Of a stretch of DNA of 64,000 nt, positions 1 to 9,989 are shown piece after piece; positions within the stretch are counted from its first letter, which is position 1; the number at the start of each line of letters is the position of its first letter. Below the pieces are notes generated by a model. That model saw nothing but the letters and a program-made list of their open reading frames with translations. It searched no databases and was not told where the DNA came from. Location of the stretch: assembly GCA_045046705.1 (NCBI GenBank), contig JASFZB010000007.1, positions 438-64,437 of the forward strand, written 5' to 3'. The stretch is from Rhodobacterales bacterium. Lineage in GTDB: Bacteria > Pseudomonadota > Alphaproteobacteria > Rhodobacterales > Rhodobacteraceae. A program made the translations under genes and the position numbers.

Positions 1-2352
1 TTTTATGTTCGGTTTACGGGCCGTTTTTGGCAAAAAGTCCTTTGCGTTCTTGATCGTCACCTCGCGTTGGGCAAACGGTATTACTATGCCATTGGCCTTG
101 AACCGTTTGACAATTTCGAAATTAATATCCGACGCGGTGCTTAGGACGTAGTTTATATCCCGCAGAATGCCGCGCAATTGGAAGTCCATAGCATCGGTGC
201 CAAACCCCATGAAAACCACTTGCGGTTTGGGAAGCTTCAGCACCATAGGATGATCCCTTGCTATCGACAAAAGAACCTCTTTGACAAGATCAGGATCGGT
301 GCCGTACGCTACGCCCACTGGCACTTTCACGCGGCCACGGACATTGCCATGTGTCCAGTTGGTCACGGCACCTGAAATCAAATCTGCATTAGGGATAATC
401 ACAGAGGCCCCATCGAAGGTCTCGATGGTGGTAGAGCGCACCGATACTTTTTTAATAGTTCCTGAAAAGGTCCCAATATCTACCCAGTCACCGATTTTCA
501 CCGGGCGTTCGATCAGCAGAATAATGCCAGACACAAAATTCGATACGATTGCCTGCAAGCCAAAACCGATACCAACCGACAAAGCACCCGCAACAATCGC
601 AAGACTGGATAAATCCAGCCCCGTGGTGGTAATGGCCACCAGTGCTGCAAGGAAAATACCGACATAACCAAAACCCGTAACAAGCGCATTTTGCGCCCCG
701 CTTTCAATGCGTGTATTGGGAAACACCACAGTTCGAAGGGTGGATTGCAACAATCTTGTGATCGTATAGCCGATAAAGAATATCAGGATAAACACAAGAA
801 AATCCGAGATCGAAATGCGTGTCCCCCCCAAAGAAACACCTTCATTCAACGTAAACCAAAGGTTGGTCAGATCACTTACACGCGCCCCCCAGATCAAAGC
901 AAAAACCGGGATTGACGCGCAGATCAGAAAAAACGCCAAAGCTACTTTGCGCAAATTTCCGTGTGAGTGTTCGGTAACCTCTGACACGTTTTTTGTTTTG
1001 TCGACGGGGCTTAGAAACCGCACCAGCAGGGTATATAGAATGACGATTGCTGCCGACAATGCCAGCGTCAACGCCATCGAAAACACCAGGATGGTCCCTG
1101 CATTGACATAGCCTATAGCCGCCAGCAAGGGGCCGCCAATTCCTGTCAAATAACATGCCAAAGAAAATACCGAAGCAACCCGCTCAGGAATGCTTGCAGA
1201 TCCACCGTCCAACATTAATATTTTTTTATAGTCGTTGATTTGTTGACCGGTTCGGAACAATCCCAAACCCAGAAAAACAACCAGTGGAAACCGTAAAACA
1301 TTCAGGACATCGGTGGGCCATTCCGCCCCTTTGGCCAAACCGCCCAATAGAAAGGAAACACCGATGACAACACCGATAGCCCGAATGATACGTTGGCTTT
1401 TCACCACCATCGCATGATCTATTGTTGTGGCATGCTTACTGTAAATCCGAACCTGTGGTAAGTTTCGCGCCAGCCAGTTTGCACCATAAACAGCCAAACC
1501 AACCCAAGGAATAGACGTAATCATCAAATCCCCGCGTACTGAAAAAAGATCCAGCATAATCAGTGAAGCAAGCAGTAACAACAGGCCTGCGTAAGGGATA
1601 ACAAAGACAGCTATTGAGCTTGCAAAGCGGGTAATATTGCCAAGGTTATTCGGCTTTTCATCATTGGCCGTTTCCATTCGATTATTTACCCAACGGGAAA
1701 TTGGAAACATCAATGCAAGGCCGGAAAGTGTCAGAAAAATCAGGCTAAGCCAGTTTTTCTTTCTTTGGTGTACATTTGTTTGACTGGACCACTGGTTAAG
1801 CGCTTCGGTGCTGATGTCCTGCACATACTTGCTTATGGCATTCAGGGCTTTGGGCCATAAAACCGGGTTAATCGGCGAGCTGTCCAATTGTAAAAGCCTT
1901 GTCGCCTTACGATTTCGAATGGTTTTATCTATTTCACCTATCAAACCGTCGGCGCGACGGTAGGCCTCTTGTGCCACAACCAGAGGGGCGCGTGCTTTAG
2001 CCAATTGCCCGGACAATTCACTGCGCCTGGCCGCAATGTCCGGTGATTCAGTCGCCCCGTTTTCCGGCGCCGGCCCAAGAGCCTTTATTTGTTCTTCAAC
2101 CGTTGCAACACGTTGGCTGCGGGCCTCTTGGGCCTTTAAGGCGCTGGCGCGAAAAGCAGACAAATCTGACCGCAGGATTTCCAATGAGGCCGTCGAAGCC
2201 CGATCATTTGAAACAACGTCTTCCGCACGGGTAGCAAGGTCGCTAAATTTCGCAATATCAAAATCCTCGGCTGGCGTTTGTGCAAAAGCCCCGAGGCTTA
2301 GAAAAAACATCAGCCCGACTGCAATAAATACGCGTTTGAGCATCTGTGTCAT
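1..2352 (-). CDS. Large MscS-family mechanosensitive channel with N-terminal periplasmic (DUF3772-type) region; 3' end runs off the window
   Basis: Absent from the ORF track because there is no stop in the window. Manual translation from ATG at 2352 gives a signal peptide (MTQMLKRVFIAVGLMFFLSLGAFAQ). The C-terminus in the same frame reads PQVVFMGFGTDAMDFQLRGILRD...NFEIVKRFKANGIVIPFAQREV, typical of the MscS cytoplasmic domain. Confidence 0.85.
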   Translation of the reverse strand, partial: MTQMLKRVFIAVGLMFFLSLGAFAQTPAEDFDIAKFSDLATRAEDVVSNDRASTASLEILRSDLSAFRASALKAQEARSQRVATVEEQIKALGPAPENGATESPDIAARRSELSGQLAKARAPLVVAQEAYRRADGLIGEIDKTIRNRKATRLLQLDSSPINPVLWPKALNAISKYVQDISTEALNQWSSQTNVHQRKKNWLSLIFLTLSGLALMFPISRWVNNRMETANDEKPNNLGNITRFASSIAVFVIPYAGLLLLLASLIMLDLFSVRGDLMITSIPWVGLAVYGANWLARNLPQVRIYSKHATTIDHAMVVKSQRIIRAIGVVIGVSFLLGGLAKGAEWPTDVLNVLRFPLVVFLGLGLFRTGQQINDYKKILMLDGGSASIPERVASVFSLACYLTGIGGPLLAAIGYVNAGTILVFSMALTLALSAAIVILYTLLVRFLSPVDKTKNVSEVTEHSHGNLRKVALAFFLICASIPVFALIWGARVSDLTNLWFTLNEGVSLGGTRISISDFLVFILIFFIGYTITRLLQSTLRTVVFPNTRIESGAQNALVTGFGYVGIFLAALVAITTTGLDLSSLAIVAGALSVGIGFGLQAIVSNFVSGIILLIERPVKIGDWVDIGTFSGTIKKVSVRSTTIETFDGASVIIPNADLISGAVTNWTHGNVRGRVKVPVGVAYGTDPDLVKEVLLSIARDHPMVLKLPKPQVVFMGFGTDAMDFQLRGILRDINYVLSTASDINFEIVKRFKANGIVIPFAQREVTIKNAKDFLPKTARKPNIK

Positions 2353-2362
2353 CAGTGATGTC

Positions 2363-3397
2363 CTATTCAAAAACAGACGGAATAACCGCCCCCGGTCCAT
2401 CCAGCCAGCCCGGAACAGGCAGGTTCATCGCCTTCAGGAATTTCGGATTGAAAATCTTCGATTGATAGCGATTGCCATAATCGGCCAAAATGGTCACGAT
2501 AGTATGGCCTGGCCCCATATCTCTGGCCATACGAATGGCGCCGGCAACATTGATGCCGGTCGAGCCCCCCATGCACAGTCCTTCATCCTGCAACAGATCG
2601 AAAATCACCGGCAGGGCTTCGCTGTCGGGGATGTTATAGGGCATATCCACCTTCAGGCCTTCCAGATTGGCGGTAATACGTCCCTGCCCGATACCTTCGG
2701 TGATGCTGTCGCCCGACGATTTCAGTTCGCCATTGACGTAGTAATTATATAACGCCGCCCCATCCGGATCGGCCAAGCCGATTTTGATGTCTTTCGATTT
2801 TTCACGCAAGCCCATGGCCGTACCCGCTAGCGTGCCGCCGGTGCCAACGGCACAAATAAAGCCGTCAAGCTTACCGTCCAAATCCGCATAAATCTCGGGC
2901 GCGGTGCTTGTGATGTGCACATTGCGGTTCGCCACATTATCGAACTGGTTTGCCCAAATAGCCCCGTTAGGTTCGGTTTGTGCAAGTTTTGCAGCCAGAC
3001 GGGCCGAGTACTTTATGTAATTATTGCTATCTTTATAGGGCTTTGCAGGCACCTCTACCAATGTAGCCCCGGCCAGACGGATCATATCCTTCTTTTCCTG
3101 GCTTTGGGTCTCAGGGATCACGATCACGGTTTTATAGCCCATCGAGGCCCCCACAAGGGCAAGCCCGATACCGGTATTGCCGGCGGTGCCTTCAACAATG
3201 GTTCCGCCCGGTTGCAAATCGCCCGATTTGATCGCATCTTGAATAATCCCCAATGCAGCACGGTCTTTCACCGATTGCCCGGGGTTCATAAACTCTGCTT
3301 TGCCGTATATGGCACAGCCGGTCAATTCCGAGGCTTTGCGCAAGCGGATAAGGGGGGTGTTGCCAACAGCATGTACAAGGTCTGGATAAACGTTCAT
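2363..3397 (-). CDS. cysK: Cysteine synthase A (O-acetylserine sulfhydrylase)
   Basis: PLP-lysine motif NPGQSVKDRAA, plus EGTAGNTGIGLA and GTGGT motifs. Confidence 0.93.
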   Translation of the reverse strand: MNVYPDLVHAVGNTPLIRLRKASELTGCAIYGKAEFMNPGQSVKDRAALGIIQDAIKSGDLQPGGTIVEGTAGNTGIGLALVGASMGYKTVIVIPETQSQEKKDMIRLAGATLVEVPAKPYKDSNNYIKYSARLAAKLAQTEPNGAIWANQFDNVANRNVHITSTAPEIYADLDGKLDGFICAVGTGGTLAGTAMGLREKSKDIKIGLADPDGAALYNYYVNGELKSSGDSITEGIGQGRITANLEGLKVDMPYNIPDSEALPVIFDLLQDEGLCMGGSTGINVAGAIRMARDMGPGHTIVTILADYGNRYQSKIFNPKFLKAMNLPVPGWLDGPGAVIPSVFE

Positions 3398-3486
3398 AGC
3401 AGGTCCAATTCAAAAGATTTGTTTATTGATACGATGCATGACTTGCAGCTTCAACACCCAAAATATTTTCGCATTATAGCATTGCC

Positions 3487-3927
3487 CTAAGTCCAGTATC
3501 GGTTTGCCAATCCCGATCCTATCCCGCTAATGCACCCGCCGATCAAAAGCGTCACAACAATGCCCGGATCGGTCAGCACAATCAGGAAATTAATGGCGGA
3601 TGACACCCAAACACTCAAAATACTTGGAAAATCCTTGATATAAAACCCGATGAGCTTAAGGGTCACAAGCCAGCCGCCCCAGAACACGGCAGACACGAAC
3701 ACCAGAACAACAACCCCGCGCAAGCCCGCAACAATCGACCCTATCCCGCCAAATCCGGGATCAAATCCGATAGAGCGCCATCCCACCAGAAAGCCAAGCA
3801 GGGTACTGGCCGGATAATAGCCCAATCCGGTTGGCGCGTTCGAAGACAACGAAATGAATAAATAATATGTGTAGACTGCAGTGCATGCCAGCAACATGCC
3901 CGCGATCAGTTTGGCAGAGGTCAGCAT
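3487..3927 (-). CDS. trgA: TrgA-family membrane protein (tellurite-resistance associated)
   Basis: 146-aa hydrophobic protein starting MLTSAKLIAG with GFLVGWRSIG; lies between cfa and cysK as trgA does in Rhodobacter. Confidence 0.65.
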   Translation of the reverse strand: MLTSAKLIAGMLLACTAVYTYYLFISLSSNAPTGLGYYPASTLLGFLVGWRSIGFDPGFGGIGSIVAGLRGVVVLVFVSAVFWGGWLVTLKLIGFYIKDFPSILSVWVSSAINFLIVLTDPGIVVTLLIGGCISGIGSGLANRYWT

Positions 3928-3930
3928 TGA

Positions 3931-5139
3931 TTATCTCTTTCGCACGGTAACTTGCGTCACATCGGTTGTGCCGTATTTGAAGCCCGAAGCGCAAGAGGTT
4001 AAATAGAAGTTCCACATATTCCTGAAACGGTCATCGAAACTCGCCCCCGAAATTTCATCCCAACGGCCATTGAACGTATCAAACCAGCGGCGCAAAGTGA
4101 CCGAGTAGCTTTTGCCAAACGCCACCTCGCCGCGATATTCCAGCCCCGATTTATCAATCTGTTTTCGCAATACCGTCGGGCTGGGCAGCATCCCGCCCGG
4201 AAATATATGGCGTTGAATGAAGTCAACGGTTTTACGGTAATTGTCGTACAAGCTGTCAGCCATGGTAATCACCTGTAGTGTCGCTTGTTTACCGGGCTTC
4301 AGGCTATCATGCACCGTCTTGAAATAGGATGGCCAGTATTTTTCACCCACCGCCTCGAACATCTCGATGGAAGCAATGCCGTCATAAATACCGGTTTCAT
4401 CGCGGTAATCTTGCAAAACAATGTCGACACGATCGGCTAGCCCCGCCTTGAACATCCGTTCTTTGGCATAATCACGTTGTGCCTTGGAAATCGTCAGGCA
4501 CTTTAGTGTCGCCCCGCGCGTACCGGCGGCATATTCAGCAAATCCCCCCCACCCGCAGCCGATTTCCAACAGATGATCGCCGCTTTGCATTGCCATCAGA
4601 TCACAAATAGAGGCATATTTTTGAATTTGCGCTTTTTCCAGACTTTCCTGACCGGTTTTGAACAAGGCCGACGAATATGTCATGGTGTCATCCAGCCATT
4701 TAGCGTAGAAATCATTGCCCAGATCGTAATGGTACGATATGTTTTTTTGGGCTTGTTCCTTGGTGTTGCGATGCATCCAGTGGCGAAAGCGTTCATACAT
4801 GCGCAGCAGGCCGGAACCCGGGTAAGATTTGGAAATTTCGTTGAAATTATCGAAAACCAGATCCAGAAAAGCCTGCAAGTCGGGGCTGACCCATTGGCCT
4901 TCCAGATAAGCATCCGAGAACCCCATATCGCCTTCACGGATCAGCCGCGACCAGACATCATCGTTTTTTGAAACCACACGGGCATAATTGCCCGGTTCAG
5001 GGCCGTTTATACGAAACACACGGCCATCGGTGATCTCTAAATCCAGCTCCCCCCTTTTTAGTGTTTTCAAAGAAGCAAAGACCAAAGAAAAGTAGCGCGG
5101 CAGGTCTTTTTGACCTTTTGTCGAGGTAAAAATAGCCAT
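3931..5139 (-). CDS. cfa: Cyclopropane-fatty-acyl-phospholipid synthase family SAM methyltransferase
   Basis: NISYHYDLGNDFY, LEIGCGWGG, SIEMFEAVG and IFPGGMLP motifs. Confidence 0.9.
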   Translation of the reverse strand: MAIFTSTKGQKDLPRYFSLVFASLKTLKRGELDLEITDGRVFRINGPEPGNYARVVSKNDDVWSRLIREGDMGFSDAYLEGQWVSPDLQAFLDLVFDNFNEISKSYPGSGLLRMYERFRHWMHRNTKEQAQKNISYHYDLGNDFYAKWLDDTMTYSSALFKTGQESLEKAQIQKYASICDLMAMQSGDHLLEIGCGWGGFAEYAAGTRGATLKCLTISKAQRDYAKERMFKAGLADRVDIVLQDYRDETGIYDGIASIEMFEAVGEKYWPSYFKTVHDSLKPGKQATLQVITMADSLYDNYRKTVDFIQRHIFPGGMLPSPTVLRKQIDKSGLEYRGEVAFGKSYSVTLRRWFDTFNGRWDEISGASFDDRFRNMWNFYLTSCASGFKYGTTDVTQVTVRKR

Positions 5140-5234
5140 TCTCTTCTCCCTTCTCGGGACAAGTCTAGCGCGATTCTTGATGTTCTGCCAAGTTTTGTGT
5201 TATTTTTCCCGTTAAGGGGCCCGGAAATCCGGAA

Positions 5235-6458
5235 TTAAAGCACCCGATCCAAAGCATCAATCAGCTTTCCCACCTCGTTTTCATCGGTGTAATGCACGAA
5301 ACTAACCCGCAAAACCCCATGATCGGGGTCAATGCCTTGGGCTTGCAGGCAGCGCACGCCGTAGAAATCACCGCCCCCCGCCATAATCCCGTATTGGGTC
5401 AGCTTTTTCGCAATATCCCCACCCTTTTGCGGCAAAGCCACCGCAACGGTCGGAGCCTTTTTGCTTGCATCGCGTGGCCCCAGCAAACGCACCGAGTTTT
5501 TATCGCCGAGATAATCCAACAACGGTTGCAGCAGTTTAATCTCGTGATTGCGCATCAAAGTGTGGACATATTCACCGCGCGCAGTAGCATCCGCCGGACC
5601 ACCATTGTGATGCGTATAAAGCGCATCTATGTAATCGGCCATGCCAGCCGAGGCCGCGATTTGCGCGTGATCCGGCCCTGCGGGGGTAAAGCGTTTATAA
5701 AGACAGTCCGCATTGAAATAATGCCCCTGATTGGGCAGTTTTTCCCCCAATTCACGTTTGATTGTCATAATCCCCTGATGTGGCCCGTAGGTTTTATAGG
5801 CCGAGAACAGATAAATATCCGCACCAAGGGTCGCAACATTAGGAATACCGTGCGGCACATAAGATACCCCGTCCACACAGGTGACCGCCCCTGCATCATG
5901 GGCAATCTGGCAGATTTTCGCCACATCATTGATTTCGCCAACAATGTTCGAGCAATGCGGAAAGCAGACCAGTTTCACCTTGTCTTCCAGCAACGCAGTC
6001 AAATCTGCAGGGTCAAGGTGGCCGGTATCGGGGTCAATTTGCCATTCGCGCAGCTCAATGCCGCGATCTTTCAGGCGCCGCCACGGGCCACTGTTGGCCT
6101 CGTGATCCTGATTGGTCACCACAATCGCATCACCCGTTTGCAGATACTGCCCAAAGGCCTGCGCCAGAACATAGGTGTTTTGCGTCGTTGACGGCCCGAA
6201 GCTTAGCTCATCGGTGTCAACCCCCATGATGGCGGCAAGACGGGTGCGGGCCTCATCCATTTCCTCGCCCGCCAAGCGGCTGGCATCATAAGCACTATAG
6301 GGCTGGACTTTGCGCTCGGTATAATAGCGTGTCAGGCGCTCGATCACCTGTTTGCAGGTATACGAGCCCCCTGCATTTTCAAAGAAAGCCTGCCCCGCCA
6401 GAACGGGTGTGGAAAAGGCGGGAAACTGTGCGCGTACAAAATCAATGTCCAATGTCAT
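5235..6458 (-). CDS. Class V PLP aminotransferase / cysteine desulfurase-like protein
   Basis: FFENAGGS, HEAN, CVDGVS, SAYKTYGPH and LRVSFVHY motifs. Start placed at the second ATG, behind a GGGG RBS. Confidence 0.85.
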   Translation of the reverse strand: MTLDIDFVRAQFPAFSTPVLAGQAFFENAGGSYTCKQVIERLTRYYTERKVQPYSAYDASRLAGEEMDEARTRLAAIMGVDTDELSFGPSTTQNTYVLAQAFGQYLQTGDAIVVTNQDHEANSGPWRRLKDRGIELREWQIDPDTGHLDPADLTALLEDKVKLVCFPHCSNIVGEINDVAKICQIAHDAGAVTCVDGVSYVPHGIPNVATLGADIYLFSAYKTYGPHQGIMTIKRELGEKLPNQGHYFNADCLYKRFTPAGPDHAQIAASAGMADYIDALYTHHNGGPADATARGEYVHTLMRNHEIKLLQPLLDYLGDKNSVRLLGPRDASKKAPTVAVALPQKGGDIAKKLTQYGIMAGGGDFYGVRCLQAQGIDPDHGVLRVSFVHYTDENEVGKLIDALDRVL

Positions 6459-6543
6459 GTAAGACCCCAAGTGTAATCACCCGGCCCTTTGCCGGACGGC
6501 TTACATTGCCATAAACATGGGTAAGCGCAAGGTTGAATTTGCC

Positions 6544-7713
6544 CTAATTCAAAGCCGCAACAATTGCCCGCATAGCCTCAATATTGGCATTGGCCACGCC
6601 GTCGTTCTTGAACCCACGATCCGCGGCATTGCTGGCGATGACCACGCCTTTGGGGCGATTGATGTAAATGTATTGCCCGTAAACCCCGCGGGCAAGAAAC
6701 TCACCCGCGGCCGCATTGACCGCAGGGATCCACCACTGATAGCCATATTTGAAATCCCCCGGCGCAGTATTGGCCGTGGCTTTGGTCGAGGTACGCAGCC
6801 AGGTTTTCGGAACAATTTGCTGTCCGTTGTAAAACCCGTCCTGCGCTACCATCAAACCAAAGCGTGCATAATCGCGCGTGGTCAGGTTCAGCCCGCCCAG
6901 AACAAAAGCAACCCCGTCACCATCGGTCAGATAATAGGGTTGTTTTTCCAGCCCCAGCGGGATGATGATTTTTTCCGACAACAGATCGGGTATCGTGCGC
7001 CCCGTCGCCCCGCGCACCACCATGCCGATCACATGGGTGTCGATGGAAACATATTGCATCACCGTCCCCGGCTTGGCGTAACTGTCTTTCAGGCTTGCGG
7101 CAAAACCATCCAGCGAGCCGCCCAAGGCAATGACACGCCCCATGCGGTTGATGTCGGAACTTTTATCCAGATAATCCTCGTCAAACGTCACCCCGCTCGA
7201 CATTTGCAACACGTTGCGCAAACTTGCGGTCTTATAGGCGCTGTCTTTCAGCGATGGGGCATATTTCACCACCGAGTCATCAATCGAGCCTATTTTTCCT
7301 TCGTCGATCAAGATGCCAACCAACGCCGACAAAAAGCTTTTGGCAACCGACCATGAAATTCGCAAATCATCGGCACCGGTGCCCTGATAATAATCCTCAT
7401 AGACCATTTTACCGTCTTTGAGCACAACAAGCGAGGTCACATTACGCGCCTTTATCCAGTCCTTGACCGTTGCAGGCAACACCATGGGGTCGGCTTTTGG
7501 CAAGGCACTGACAGGCCCGCCGCCTTTGGCCACGGGGACATGCAAAAATGCTGCGTCCATGTGGCTAAAGTTGTTCACGATCTTTTCGGCATGAAACAGG
7601 CTGTTCACCGCCATCAGCCGCGTTATTTCCTCACGCTTCCAAAATGCAACCGCACCAAGGATCAAAACAAGGACAATAGCACCACGCAGGGCAAATTTAA
7701 TAAAAACGGGCAT
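6544..7713 (-). CDS. Serine hydrolase, beta-lactamase/NylB-like family, N-terminally anchored
   Basis: SxxK motif (SWSVAKS), LRNVLQMSSG, YGYQWW, GVYGQYIY; N-terminal hydrophobic helix. Confidence 0.85.
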   Translation of the reverse strand: MPVFIKFALRGAIVLVLILGAVAFWKREEITRLMAVNSLFHAEKIVNNFSHMDAAFLHVPVAKGGGPVSALPKADPMVLPATVKDWIKARNVTSLVVLKDGKMVYEDYYQGTGADDLRISWSVAKSFLSALVGILIDEGKIGSIDDSVVKYAPSLKDSAYKTASLRNVLQMSSGVTFDEDYLDKSSDINRMGRVIALGGSLDGFAASLKDSYAKPGTVMQYVSIDTHVIGMVVRGATGRTIPDLLSEKIIIPLGLEKQPYYLTDGDGVAFVLGGLNLTTRDYARFGLMVAQDGFYNGQQIVPKTWLRTSTKATANTAPGDFKYGYQWWIPAVNAAAGEFLARGVYGQYIYINRPKGVVIASNAADRGFKNDGVANANIEAMRAIVAALN

Positions 7714-7806
7714 GAATGTCGGCTCCTGTTAAATTACACTAATGACTCTTGCCCTAACATTTCCGCATCCGAAAATCACCATTCTACCGATAAAACCCTA
7801 CGTCAC

Positions 7807-8799
7807 CTAAGCGTTCACGTCTACAACAACACGGCCTTTTATCTGACCTTTTAGAATATCCGCACCCAGTTTCGGCAAATCATCCAGCGTTGCATCCACG
7901 ATCATCGTTTCCAGTTTACCCATCGGTAGATCGGTTGCGATACGTTTCCAGACAGCAATACGTTTTTCGGTCGGGCAATGCACACTATCAATACCCAGCA
8001 GGTTCACCCCGCGCAGCAGGAACGGGATAACCGTGGCAGGCAAGCCAGCCCCGCCGGCCAAGCCCACAGACGCCACCGAACCACCATATTTCATCTGCCC
8101 CAGAACCCGCGCCAACATATCACCGCCGACCGCGTCAATGCACCCGGCCCAGGTTTCCGCTTCCAGCGGGCGTTTGACGGTTTCATTGATGTCTTCACGC
8201 GCCACGATCCGACTGGCTCCAAGCGATTTCAGATAATCCGCAGTTTCAGGCCGACCTGTCACTCCCGCCACCTCATATCCAAGGTTGGCCAGTATCGCGG
8301 TCGCAACCGACCCAACACCCCCCGCAGCCCCTGTCACCAGCACAGGGCCGCTATCGGGGGTCAGCCCATGGGCTTCCAAAGTCACCACGGACAGCATCGC
8401 GGTAAAACCCGCCGTACCCACAGCCATTGCCTGCTTTGTGGTCAAACCTTCTGGCAAAGGCACCAGCCAGTCCGCATTCACCCGGGTTTTTTGCGCATAC
8501 CCGCCCCAATGCACCTCGCCGTAACGCCAGCCGGTCAGAACCACCTTGTCGCCGGCCTTGTAGCGGTTATCGAAGGATTGCACGACAGTCCCGGCCATAT
8601 CAATGCCGGGCACATGCGGATAGTTTCGCACCAAACCGCCCCCCGGCCCGATGCACAGACCATCCTTGTAGTTGACACAAGAATATTCCACCGCGACCGT
8701 CACATTCCCATCCGGCAATTGATCATCGGATAATTGCTGCACAGAAGCATGGGTTTTACCGGTCTCGCCTTTTTCAACAAGCAATGCGCTAAATGTCAT
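7807..8799 (-). CDS. acuI: Acryloyl-CoA reductase (NADPH), YhdH/AcuI family
   Basis: NYKDGL, PHVPGID, VGTAGFTAML, GAAGGVGS, PFLLRGVNLLGIDSV and GRVVVDVN motifs. Confidence 0.92.
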   Translation of the reverse strand: MTFSALLVEKGETGKTHASVQQLSDDQLPDGNVTVAVEYSCVNYKDGLCIGPGGGLVRNYPHVPGIDMAGTVVQSFDNRYKAGDKVVLTGWRYGEVHWGGYAQKTRVNADWLVPLPEGLTTKQAMAVGTAGFTAMLSVVTLEAHGLTPDSGPVLVTGAAGGVGSVATAILANLGYEVAGVTGRPETADYLKSLGASRIVAREDINETVKRPLEAETWAGCIDAVGGDMLARVLGQMKYGGSVASVGLAGGAGLPATVIPFLLRGVNLLGIDSVHCPTEKRIAVWKRIATDLPMGKLETMIVDATLDDLPKLGADILKGQIKGRVVVDVNA

Positions 8800-8920
8800 G
8801 TTGTTTCCTTTTTATCTGATCAAAATCGTATCAGTTTCCGTTGTCGCCACCCCCAAAAGCCACGGTTATTTACCCTCTAGGATTTGGCAAATCTTTCTAT
8901 ACTATGCGCATGACACAAAG

Positions 8921-8939
8921 TTAAATGTCTGACAATTAA
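8921..8939. promoter_or_regulatory. FadR/GntR-type operator palindrome TTAAATGTC-T-GACAATTAA
   Basis: 8 of 9 arm pairs are complementary; GT-N-AC core typical of GntR-family sites; lies between divergent acuI and the GntR gene, 15 bp upstream of the regulator ATG. Confidence 0.7.
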
Positions 8940-8954
8940 ATAAATAGAAATTCG

Positions 8955-9704
8955 ATGAAATATACACTGAACCAAACCCGTGAACTCTCCATCCAAATCG
9001 CCGAAGCCATTCGCGGGGCTATTATGAACGGCAGCCTTTTAGTCGATCAACGCCTGCCCTCCGAGGGCGAGCTTTGTGACCGGTTCGCGGTCTCGCGTTC
9101 TACCGTGCGTGAAGCCCTGAAGCGTCTGGCCGCCCAAAGCCTTATACGCACCCAAAGGGGGGCAACGGGCGGGGCCTTTGTCAACCGGATCAGATTTGAA
9201 GACGCCTACCCGCAACAAATCACCACTGCCACCCTGCTGCTTTCAATGAACGACATATCCTTTGAAACCGCCTGCGAAGCCCGCTTTGCCGCGGAACGCG
9301 CCTGTGTACCCCTGTGCGCCCGACGTTGCCAGCCAGCTCATCTTGCAACCATGCGCACGGAAATCCACCGTCAAGAACAGCCAAACCTAAGCGACGAAGG
9401 CTTTTGCACCTCTGATGTTGCGTTTCACAAAGCCCTGATCGAAGGGGCGGGAAATCCGGTTCTGACCTATCAACTGGCCAGTGCCATCGAAGCCATGCAA
9501 CCCTTGATGAACATGATCACGTTTTCAAAACGCGACCGCACAACCATCGTCGATATACACCGCAAAATCGCCGACGGCATTGCAAACGGCAATGCTGAAA
9601 TTGCCGACAAGGGCTTGGCGGAACTGGCGGAATATACCCAAACCCTGGCCGATCAGGTACGCCGTCAACGCGTCAAAGACAAACAAAATACCGTCCGGGC
9701 ATGA
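8955..9704 (+). CDS. FadR/GntR-family transcriptional regulator (DmdR-like, acuI-linked)
   Basis: wHTH RLPSEGELCDRFAVSRSTVREALKRL; FCD domain DVAFHKALIEGAGNPVL. Confidence 0.88.
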   Translation: MKYTLNQTRELSIQIAEAIRGAIMNGSLLVDQRLPSEGELCDRFAVSRSTVREALKRLAAQSLIRTQRGATGGAFVNRIRFEDAYPQQITTATLLLSMNDISFETACEARFAAERACVPLCARRCQPAHLATMRTEIHRQEQPNLSDEGFCTSDVAFHKALIEGAGNPVLTYQLASAIEAMQPLMNMITFSKRDRTTIVDIHRKIADGIANGNAEIADKGLAELAEYTQTLADQVRRQRVKDKQNTVRA

Positions 9705-9739
9705 CCCTGAAACAATCCGGATTGAGGTGAAAATCAAGA

Positions 9740-9768
9740 TTGATCCCTCCCGTTCATTCCCCTATACA
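9740..9768 (+). promoter_or_regulatory. Putative sigma70 promoter of tRNA-Arg
   Basis: TTGATC-N17-TATACA followed by a C-rich discriminator, 9 bp before the tRNA. Confidence 0.5.
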
Positions 9769-9777
9769 CCCCCCAAT

Positions 9778-9854
<77 letters not shown>

Positions 9855-9989
9855 TTTTTTCTATCTCACAGGACATGGCTACCTTCGATGGGGGGGTGGC
9901 CGGCCAACATGCCAGCGCATATATTGGTGCGCTGCGCTTGAAGATTGTATGGTCAAGCGCAGTAAGCATATAGTTCGGCGGGGCGGGCG

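Noticed and set aside
178-2752. Several + strand ORFs (178-1111, 2036-2752)
   Set aside because: Antisense shadows of the minus-strand MscS gene and cysK; no protein motifs.
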